Part shown: piece by piece, positions 53,005 through 60,278 of the stretch
How the letters are laid out: every line of letters starts with the position of its first letter
Numbering within the stretch: position 1 is the stretch's first letter
Source of the DNA: Flavobacterium sp.
Lineage (GTDB): Bacteria; Bacteroidota; Bacteroidia; Flavobacteriales; Flavobacteriaceae
Assembly: GCF_040402895.1 (NCBI RefSeq)
Contig: NZ_JBBALR010000004.1
Span: 90,080-154,079 of the forward strand
DNA: 64,000 nt
Direction: 5' to 3'
The notes under the pieces: generated by a model
Told to the model about the DNA's origin: nothing
What the model saw: only the letters and a program-made list of their open reading frames with translations
Databases searched by the model: none
Program-made: the position numbers and the translations under genes

Positions 53005-54519
53005 ATGTTTTTAAAAAATAAAATTGCAAGTCTAATTTTAGTTGCAACCATCATTCGCTGTATTATTGCACTCACAATCGATTTAGGGAACGATGAAGTG
53101 TATTATATTAATTATGCGCATCATTTACAGTGGAATTATTTTGACCATCCGCCAATGGTTGCCCTATTAATAAAACTCACAACACTTAATTTAGAAATTA
53201 CAAGCGATTTTTTTATCCGTTTAGGTTCCATAATTTTGGCGGCTTTTAACACCTATTTAATTTATTTGATTACCAAAAAAATTAAGAATGAAAAAAGCGG
53301 TTTAATTGCTGCATTACTATTTACATCTTCTATTTATTCGAGTATTATTGCAGGAATTTTTATAATGCCCGATGCACCTCAACTCTTTTTTTGGATATGC
53401 TGTCTCTATTTTCAAATTAATATTATCACTTCAAGTGAAGATTCAAAAACTGTGAACCAAAATTTACTGTTTTTTGGCATTTGTACTGGTTTGTGCATTA
53501 TGAGTAAGGTTCACGGTGTTTTTCTTTGGTTTGGATTTGGACTATATATTTTATTTTACGATCGAAAAAAACTCTTGAATCCTTACCTATATCTTGCTAT
53601 TTTACTGAGTATTTTGATAGTATCTCCCATATTATTCTGGAATATTAATAATGATTTTATTACCTACTCTTTTCATAGCAATCGGGTTGCTATAAATCGT
53701 GGTATTAACATTGATAGTTTTCTGAGAGAATTTCTCGGTGGAGCAATGTATAACAATCCTTTAAATTATTTTTTAATTGGAACAGCTTTAATTGCTGTTT
53801 GGAAAAACAAAATCTATTTAAAAGTCATTTATACAAGATTATTTCTTTTACAAAGTTTACCACTAATACTAATATTACTATTCGTTTCGCTTTTTAGAGA
53901 TACGCTACCACATTGGTCTGGACCTGGATTTATAGCCTTAATAATTCTTACAGCTTGTTACTTGTCTGACATTAAAACAAAATTAGGTAAAGTTGTTTTT
54001 TATGCCATTTATTTAATAGTTGCCATTAGTTTCATAGGGATTTTGGCTATTAATTTTTATCCCGGCACTTTTGGATCAAAAAACGAAGATACTTTAGGTC
54101 AAGGAGATGTGACCTTGGATATGTATGATTGGGATTATTTTAAAACAGAATTTAATAAAATTCACGAGAAAAATAGGGCCGAGAAAAGAATTTCGACCAA
54201 CTTTATCATTAACAATAAATGGTTTCCTGGCTCCCATATTGACAATTATATTGCCCAACCACTAGAGCTAAATTTTGTAGCCCTGGGAACACTTGGCGAT
54301 ATTCACACTTATGATTGGCTAAATAAATATAGACCGTCACTAAAAAAAGGAGACAACGCTTACTTCATCACTGTTTCTAATAATTTTAGCAATCCTAATG
54401 AAATTTATAGAACGAAATTTAAGAAAGTAAACACCCCTACAATTATCAAACAATATAGAAATAATAAACCAACACGAAACATGTTGGTTTATTTAATGGA
54501 AGATTATATAGGAAAATGA
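53005..54519 (+). CDS. ArnT/PMT-like glycosyltransferase (GT39/GT83 family)
   Basis: 504 aa, polytopic. N-terminal DLGNDEVYY...FDHPPM motif is characteristic of dolichyl/undecaprenyl-phosphate-sugar-dependent transferases. Confidence 0.78.
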   Translation: MFLKNKIASLILVATIIRCIIALTIDLGNDEVYYINYAHHLQWNYFDHPPMVALLIKLTTLNLEITSDFFIRLGSIILAAFNTYLIYLITKKIKNEKSGLIAALLFTSSIYSSIIAGIFIMPDAPQLFFWICCLYFQINIITSSEDSKTVNQNLLFFGICTGLCIMSKVHGVFLWFGFGLYILFYDRKKLLNPYLYLAILLSILIVSPILFWNINNDFITYSFHSNRVAINRGINIDSFLREFLGGAMYNNPLNYFLIGTALIAVWKNKIYLKVIYTRLFLLQSLPLILILLFVSLFRDTLPHWSGPGFIALIILTACYLSDIKTKLGKVVFYAIYLIVAISFIGILAINFYPGTFGSKNEDTLGQGDVTLDMYDWDYFKTEFNKIHEKNRAEKRISTNFIINNKWFPGSHIDNYIAQPLELNFVALGTLGDIHTYDWLNKYRPSLKKGDNAYFITVSNNFSNPNEIYRTKFKKVNTPTIIKQYRNNKPTRNMLVYLMEDYIGK

Positions 54520-54614
54520 TTTTCAAACTAATTCGTGCACAAATCGTAGCGTAATTGTTATTTGTTTATTTTTATAATCTTCGTAAATCTTAAATCAAAC
54601 TTCGTAATTTAGAA

Positions 54615-54791
54615 TTACATTCTTCCTTTTAAAGCATTAAATACCCACGCGTTAGCAAAAAATCCAATTCCTACCGCTGCAAAGCCCCAACCTGCAACAT
54701 CATCATATTTGTATATGGCTAAACCGATTATTAATATACCCATAATAATCATAATACCTGTAGCCCATGCTAAAACTGTATTTTTATTCAT
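54615..54791 (-). CDS. possible small membrane protein (58 aa, not in ORF track)
   Basis: Manual translation: MNKNTVLAWATGIMIIMGILIIGLAIYKYDDVAGWGFAAVGIGFFANAWVFNALKGRM. Two hydrophobic helices. No homology evidence. Confidence 0.4.
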   Translation of the reverse strand: MNKNTVLAWATGIMIIMGILIIGLAIYKYDDVAGWGFAAVGIGFFANAWVFNALKGRM

Positions 54792-54870
54792 TTTTTTTAG
54801 TTTTATACGTTTTGGAATGCAAATATCGTGTTTTTTTATAATTTTATATATAGTAAATTATTTAATTTAA

Positions 54871-55872
54871 TTAGTTGAAAATTTTATATACTAACTCCTT
54901 CAACATATCGGCTTCTTTCATGGAACCAGACCCAACTCCTTTGCTCTTAACATCCATATCGCGTATGATTTCAATAATTTGACTCACTTTTCGCATGGGA
55001 TAATTTTTACTGGCAGTGGAATATTCATCCATAAAAAACGGATTGACTCCCAACGCTTTTGCCGCATTAAATTTTGATTTATCTTTTAATCCGTGATATT
55101 GTAATAATTGAGCAAAAAAAGCAAACATTTGCCCGCTTATGACAACTATTGGATTATCTTTTGGATTTGCTGCAAAATGATGAATTATGGCATATGCTTT
55201 CTGCTGATTTCTTGTTGCCAATGCCGATTTTAGTTCAAACACATTATAATCTTTACTAAACCCAATGTTTTCTTCAATGTTTTTTGGTGTAAAAATATGA
55301 CCTTCAGGAAAAACTATTTTCAGCTTTTCCAATTCGTTATTAATTTTAGCTAAATCAGTACCTAAAAATTCCGCTAACATAGCGGCAGCTTTAGGTTCAA
55401 TTCCGTAATTCTGACCTTTTAATACTTTCACAATCCAATCTGGAACTTGGTTGTCGTATAATTTTTTACTTTCAAACCAAACACCTTTATCTTTAATGGT
55501 TTTAAATATTTTTTTTCTTCCATCAGGTTTGTCTCTGTAGGCAAAAACTAAAATTGTAGTCAGTTGCGGATTCACGGCATACGACTCAAATTTTTCGAAA
55601 GTTTTGGCTAAATTTTGTGCTTCTTTCACTATCACCACCTGATAATCTGACATCATAGGAAAGCGTTTTGCCGTTGACACAATTTCTTCTACTGTGGTAT
55701 CTCTTCCGTATAACACCACTTGATTAAAGGATTTTTCGTCTTCAGTAAGTACGGAATTTTCTATTAAATCTGAAATTCTATCTATATAATAGGTTTCTTC
55801 CCCACATAAAAAATAAATGGGTTTGAAATTTTTAGATTTAATATCGTTTACTATCTTAATTATTTCTGTCAA
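54871..55872 (-). CDS. holA: DNA polymerase III subunit delta
   Basis: 333 aa. N-terminal KPIYFLCGEETYYID and overall HolA-like organisation. Confidence 0.82.
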   Translation of the reverse strand: MTEIIKIVNDIKSKNFKPIYFLCGEETYYIDRISDLIENSVLTEDEKSFNQVVLYGRDTTVEEIVSTAKRFPMMSDYQVVIVKEAQNLAKTFEKFESYAVNPQLTTILVFAYRDKPDGRKKIFKTIKDKGVWFESKKLYDNQVPDWIVKVLKGQNYGIEPKAAAMLAEFLGTDLAKINNELEKLKIVFPEGHIFTPKNIEENIGFSKDYNVFELKSALATRNQQKAYAIIHHFAANPKDNPIVVISGQMFAFFAQLLQYHGLKDKSKFNAAKALGVNPFFMDEYSTASKNYPMRKVSQIIEIIRDMDVKSKGVGSGSMKEADMLKELVYKIFN

Positions 55873-55926
55873 AATATGTTGATTTGATAATTTGTTTATT
55901 CGTGGATTTGATTATACATTCGCAAG

Positions 55927-56382
55927 ATGCAAAAGTTACAATTCCCATCCTATTCCTTTCGCTTCAAAAATAGTGAAAATAAAGTTGCTATTTTTGATGA
56001 AATTAGAAAAAAATTTGTGGTGCTAACTCCAGAAGAATGGGTTAGGCAGCACACGATTCAGTATTTAATACAAGAATGTAAGTATCCAAAATCACTTATA
56101 AACGTTGAAAAACAAGTAAAAATTAACGGAATGAGTAAACGATATGATATTGTTATTTTCAATTCGGATGGTAGTATTTTTTTGGTCGTAGAATGTAAAC
56201 AATCTAATGTTGCCCTATCTCAAAACACCTTTGATCAAATGGCAAGATATAATTTTACTCTGAAAGCCACATATTTGATGGTTACTAACGGAATAAATCA
56301 TTATTTTTGTCAAATGGATTTTGAAAACGAGAAATATACATTTTTAAAAGAGTTACCCAACTATAATCTAAAAATCCAATAA
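55927..56382 (+). CDS. type I restriction enzyme HsdR N-terminal (PD-(D/E)xK-like) domain protein
   Basis: 151 aa. EEWVRQ, RYDIVIF and LVVECK motifs. Confidence 0.68.
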   Translation: MQKLQFPSYSFRFKNSENKVAIFDEIRKKFVVLTPEEWVRQHTIQYLIQECKYPKSLINVEKQVKINGMSKRYDIVIFNSDGSIFLVVECKQSNVALSQNTFDQMARYNFTLKATYLMVTNGINHYFCQMDFENEKYTFLKELPNYNLKIQ

Positions 56383-56396
56383 TCTTAGCAGTCTGA

Positions 56397-57386
56397 ATGA
56401 AAACAGCCGTAGTTATCTTAAATTGGAATGGTACCAAATTATTGCAGCAATTCTTACCATCCGTAATTCAGTTTTCTGGAAATGCTACTATTTATGTAGC
56501 CGATAATGCATCTACAGATACTTCTATTGCTGTGTTAAAAGCCGAATTTCCTACTGTAAAAATTATTGAAAACGCAGGAAATTATGGTTTTGCAAAAGGG
56601 TATAATGAAGCATTAAAATGTGTGGAAGAACCTTATTATGCCTTAGTAAATTCGGATATTGAAGTAACTGAAAATTGGCTACAACCTATTGAAACTATTT
56701 TTGATAACGAACCAAATACAGCTATTATTCAACCTAAATTATTAGATTATAAAAAGAAAACACATTTTGAATACGCTGGTGCTGCAGGCGGATTTATAGA
56801 TAAATTTGGTTTTCCGTTTTGTAAAGGTCGAATTTTTAATACTCTGGAAGAAGATTTAGGACAATATGACACCGAAACCCAAATTTTTTGGGCAACAGGC
56901 GCTTGTTTTTTTATTAGAAAAGACGTTTTTAGAACCTTACAAGGTTTTGATGCTGATTTTTTTGCCCATCAAGAAGAAATTGATTTATGTTGGCGTGCTA
57001 ACAACTTAGGCTATGTTGTAAAATACTGTCCCAGTTCCGTAGTGTTTCATGTTGGTGGCGCTACGTTAAACGTAGCCGATCCAAAGAAAACGTTCCTGAA
57101 TTTTAGAAATTCGTTGGCTATTTTAACTAAAAATCTTCCTAAAGAAAAACTATTTCCAATTATTTTTTCCCGTTTGTGTTTGGATGGTTTAGCAGGAATA
57201 CATTTTTTATTTCAAGGAAAAGCCATACATACTCTTGCCATATTAAAAGCCCATTTTTATTTTTATCATTTAATTGGAAGAAATCTGAAGAAAAGAAGCA
57301 ACAATCAGAAAAAAGACTATTATTTCGCTAAATCAATCGTCTGGAACTATTTTGTTCAGAAAAAGAAAACTTTTAAAAGAATATAG
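56397..57386 (+). CDS. family 2 glycosyltransferase
   Basis: AVVILNWNG ... ADNASTD ... NSDIEV: a GT-A fold with a DxD-like motif. Confidence 0.85.
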   Translation: MKTAVVILNWNGTKLLQQFLPSVIQFSGNATIYVADNASTDTSIAVLKAEFPTVKIIENAGNYGFAKGYNEALKCVEEPYYALVNSDIEVTENWLQPIETIFDNEPNTAIIQPKLLDYKKKTHFEYAGAAGGFIDKFGFPFCKGRIFNTLEEDLGQYDTETQIFWATGACFFIRKDVFRTLQGFDADFFAHQEEIDLCWRANNLGYVVKYCPSSVVFHVGGATLNVADPKKTFLNFRNSLAILTKNLPKEKLFPIIFSRLCLDGLAGIHFLFQGKAIHTLAILKAHFYFYHLIGRNLKKRSNNQKKDYYFAKSIVWNYFVQKKKTFKRI

Positions 57387-57446
57387 AACTTAGAAAATAG
57401 AATATAGACTTTCGACATTTGACTTTCGACTTTAGACGTTTGTCTT
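57384..57446. repeat. array of nine heptanucleotide units (TAGAACT TAGAAAA TAGAATA TAGACTT TCGACAT TTGACTT TCGACTT TAGACGT TTGTCTT)
   Basis: Read directly. The register starts exactly on the GT2 stop codon TAG. The last six units are the reverse complement of the AAGTCNA family seen at 21096 and 37454. Confidence 0.7.
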
Positions 57447-57533
57447 ATCAATACTGCAAAAAAAAACATAAATTTTACTTAACAACTTAGTTTGGTATGA
57501 TTTTTTCTATATAAATTTGTAAAAAATATTTTC

Positions 57534-58388
57534 ATGAAAAAATTACTAGTTTTACTTATTATTCTCCCGTTTACACTGACTTCCTGTGTATCTAAAAAGA
57601 AATTTTCTTTGCTTGAGGCAAAAGAAAAAGCCACTCAAGATTTGCTTAACTCAGCAACAGTACAATTAAATAGCTGTTTGTCTGAAAAAGAAAAGCTAAA
57701 CGCAGAAAACAATAATTTAACATCTCAGTTGGATTATTTAAAGAAAACCAATTCTGATTTGCTTTCGTTTTCAAAAGAAATGACCGTTTTAACGGCTAAA
57801 GGTTCGGAAAACTTGGAAAAATCTTTAGAAAGTTTAAAAGAAAAAGATTTAAAAATTACCCGTTTACAAGATGCTTTAACTAAAAAAGATAGTGTTACCT
57901 TAGCATTAGTCACTAGTTTAAAACGTGAAGTAGGTATTGACGATCCAGATATTAATATTAATGTTGAAAAAGGAGTGGTAATGATTTCTATAGCCGACAA
58001 TTTATTATTTAAATCTGGAAGTTACGATGTCAATTTGAAAGCAAAATCTGTTTTAGCCAAAGTAGCCAAAGTAATTACTAGCAAACCAGATTTTGAATGT
58101 ATGGTAGAAGGCCACACCGATAATGTACCTTTTAAAAACGCCGTATTGGTTGACAATTGGGATTTATCTGTAAAACGTGCTACAGCAATTGTGCGTGTGT
58201 TACAAAACGATTTAGGTGTAAACCCAAAACAATTAATACCTGCAGGAAGAAGTGCTTATGTACCTTTAGTTGCCAACGACTCTGCTGAAAACAAAGCTAA
58301 AAACCGTAGAACTCGCATTATTATTATGCCGAAAATTGACCAGTTTTACGACATGTTAGAAAAAGAAATGAAAAACTTAGGAAAGTAA
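57534..58388 (+). CDS. OmpA-family (MotB-like) lipoprotein with coiled-coil N-terminal half
   Basis: Lipobox LTSC. C-terminal OmpA domain (GHTDNVP ... NWDLSVKRA ... NRRTRIII). Confidence 0.85.
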   Translation: MKKLLVLLIILPFTLTSCVSKKKFSLLEAKEKATQDLLNSATVQLNSCLSEKEKLNAENNNLTSQLDYLKKTNSDLLSFSKEMTVLTAKGSENLEKSLESLKEKDLKITRLQDALTKKDSVTLALVTSLKREVGIDDPDININVEKGVVMISIADNLLFKSGSYDVNLKAKSVLAKVAKVITSKPDFECMVEGHTDNVPFKNAVLVDNWDLSVKRATAIVRVLQNDLGVNPKQLIPAGRSAYVPLVANDSAENKAKNRRTRIIIMPKIDQFYDMLEKEMKNLGK

Positions 58389-58410
58389 TTTTTTCCAAAA
58401 CATACACTTT

Positions 58411-58437
58411 AAAAAGCGGCTAGTAGTCGCTTTTTTT
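58411..58437 (+). terminator. Rho-independent terminator after the OmpA-family gene
   Basis: AAAAAGCGG-CTAGTAG-TCGCTTTTTTT. Confidence 0.65.
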
Positions 58438-58582
58438 ATTTCAAAATATTTGAATAAACCCAATACACTTTGCCTTTTACTCTTTACCCAAAACCTTTTA
58501 CCCTACTCCTCTTTTATTATAAAAGTATAACCAACAAGTTTGGAAATTATTTATTACAATTGGTTTTAATAATAAGCGAAAC

Positions 58583-58628
58583 AAAACTTCGTATAACTAC
58601 CCAAATATGGGTGTATATACGAAACTCT
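58583..58628. repeat. inverted repeat with lox-like arms (AAAACTTCGTATA ... TATACGAAACTCT), 20-nt spacer
   Basis: 8-bp perfect inverted core TTCGTATA/TATACGAA. The spacer contains an inner ACCCA/TGGGT palindrome. Confidence 0.5.
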
Positions 58629-58699
58629 TTAACGCATATATACTAGTTGGCAGTAATTTTTCACCATATAAAGAACGTAATTTGTTATTTCAATTAGAT

Positions 58700-58822
58700 A
58701 CTTCTTCAATTGTTTTGCAGAAATCATTCTACATAAATAATTTCACCTCTTTATTTAATTAGTTTTAAATTAGAAATTATCAATATCATCTATAATTAAG
58801 TGCATTATTCAATGTTAGAAGT
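58700..58822 (+). repeat. degenerate attC-like element E0
   Basis: Terminal inverted repeat ACTTCTtcaATT (58700-58711) / AATgttAGAAGT (58811-58822). GTTTTGCAG (58712-58720) is the complement of the CTGCAAAAC core of E1/E2. The 3' end contains GTTAGAA. Confidence 0.3.
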
Positions 58823-58859
58823 GTTAAAAAAATAAGATTTTTTAGAAAATTTTAAAATA

Positions 58860-58892
58860 ATGTTCATTTTCGATAGGTCATGTTCATTTTCG
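58860..58892 (+). repeat. tandem direct repeat ATGTTCATTTTCG x2, 20-bp phase
   Basis: Identical 13-mers at 58860-58872 and 58880-58892, about 200 nt upstream of the 59089 ORF. Confidence 0.6.
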
Positions 58893-59088
58893 TTAATTAA
58901 TTGTAAAAGAAAGCATATAATTTTAAAAAATAATGCAAAGTAATGCTCAGTGATTTTAAAATTCAAACGGCTAATTTTGAGCATATACACCAAAGTGGGC
59001 ATAGCTTTGCTCAACTAAACTCAAAAAACGGAGTATATAAATGAGTTAATGCCAATGCTTAGACGACATACAATAAATAATTACAACT

Positions 59089-60084
59089 ATGGAAGATAAA
59101 AATGCAATTAAACAGGAAATAATAACCCTTACGACTCAACGAGACAATTTAAGTAAAGAAATTGAGCATTATAAAAACGACATCAATCAGATAACTGAGG
59201 GGAAGCCATCATTGAGAGAACTAATGACCTCGCGTCTATCAATAATGGAGTCGACAATTAAAGTAATGTCAGACAATGTTGACAGAATAAATACTTTTCA
59301 TAATGAATTGCTTCATCCAAAAGAGTGACAAACCAAATCGCAATTAGAACTAGCTAATGAGGCATTTTCAAAGATTACGGCTGACAAGGAAAAATCAGAA
59401 ACAGAATTAAAAGCAATTGAAACCTTCAAGGTCGAACTACTGGGTGATAATGAGAAAAATATTATTGGGCAAAAACAAAGGTTTGACACTATTGAGTCCG
59501 AAATCAAAAACAATAAAAAGACATGGGAGGACAACGCAGATACATTATTTAAAAAAATCGAAGGACTAATTCCAGGTGCAACTGCAACAGGTTTGGCAAA
59601 AGCCTACCAAGACCAAAGAGAATCATATAATAAACCGTATTGGTTGTGGGCTTATGTTTTCATACTTACAATGTGCGGTGCAATTTGGTTTGCAATTACA
59701 AATTTAAAAGATGCTACATCTGTTGAAGATGCGTTTATGAAAGTAATTTCAAGACTTCCTTTTTTTATTCCAGCATTTTGGCTTGCAATATTTGCAAGTA
59801 AACAACAAAGTCAAAATAAAAGACTTCAGCAAGAGTACGCCTATAAAGAAGCTTTAACAAAATCCTACGAAGCAGACAAGCGAGAAATTGAAAAACTACC
59901 AGAGTCACCTGAAAGACATCAACTTTCCGCTAAACTTCTTGAAACTATGATTGACGCAGCTAAATTCAATCCAAGTGAGACATTGGAAAGTAAGACACAT
60001 AATGACGAACCACCAAGTGTTTTCGAATTGTTTAAAATTCGAATGCTTAAGAAATTAACTGGGACTGACAAATCAAACCCATAG
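59089..60084 (+). pseudogene. coiled-coil / two-TM-helix protein gene interrupted by one in-frame TGA (codon 80)
   Basis: ORFs 59089-59328 and 59593-60084 are in the same frame. Manual translation of 59329-59592 shows no stop and no ATG. The TGA at 59326-59328 is the only interruption of a 331-codon frame. TM segments: WLWAYVFILTMCGAIWFAI and LPFFIPAFWLAIFAS. Confidence 0.6.
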
Positions 60085-60092
60085 AAGAACTA

Positions 60093-60228
60093 GGCACTAA
60101 CACGGGTTTTGCGTCAGGCGGGGTGACGTGCAAACTTGGAGCTTTGTGCTTCGTATCAAGTTCAGTGCTGGCAGACAGTTTTGTGCTCCGAAACCCGCCC
60201 GAACGCCAAGCTGCAAAACGTTGTAGGC
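60093..60228 (+). repeat. attC-like GC-rich element E1
   Basis: Starts 9 nt after the stop codon with GCACTAAC. The 5' arm GCGTCAGGCGGG pairs with the 3' arm CCCGCCCGAACGC. Ends with CGCCAAGCTGCAAAACGTT-GTAGGC. The 19-mer is identical to that in E2. Confidence 0.45.
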
Positions 60229-60278
60229 TATATTTAACCAATGAACCATAAAAATTAGTAACCAAGAACAATGTAATT

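Noticed and set aside
58583-58628. loxP or cloning-vector contamination.
   Set aside because: The arms match loxP only partly (12/13 and 10/13) and the spacer is 20 nt rather than 8 nt. The flanking sequence is typical native AT-rich DNA.
58606-58761. 51-aa + strand ORF (MGVYTKLFNAYILVGSNFSPYKERNLLFQLDTSSIVLQKSFYINNFTSLFN).
   Set aside because: Its ATG lies in the loop of the lox-like inverted repeat, it has no obvious promoter box, and it runs into the E0 site. It cannot be distinguished from chance or from a gene remnant without homology data.
58805-59014. 69-aa ORF on the minus strand in the gene-free tract.
   Set aside because: It has no recognisable features, and it covers the 13-mer direct repeats and the candidate promoter of the 59089 gene. 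It is probably a chance ORF in AT-rich DNA.
59326-59328. The in-frame TGA as a selenocysteine codon.
   Set aside because: No convincing SECIS-type hairpin follows; there is only a 5-bp AT-rich stem, ATTAG/CTAAT, at about 59343-59358. No sel genes are in the window. The local context (..PKE*QTK..) is a coiled coil, not a redox motif.
60093-60228. E1/E2 as simple Rho-independent terminators or as a retron/other ncRNA gene.
   Set aside because: Neither element is followed by a T-run on the + strand (E1 is followed by TATATTTAACC). The A-run after E2 belongs to the convergent operon's terminator. No reverse transcriptase or other RNA-associated gene is adjacent. A transcription-pausing role cannot be excluded.
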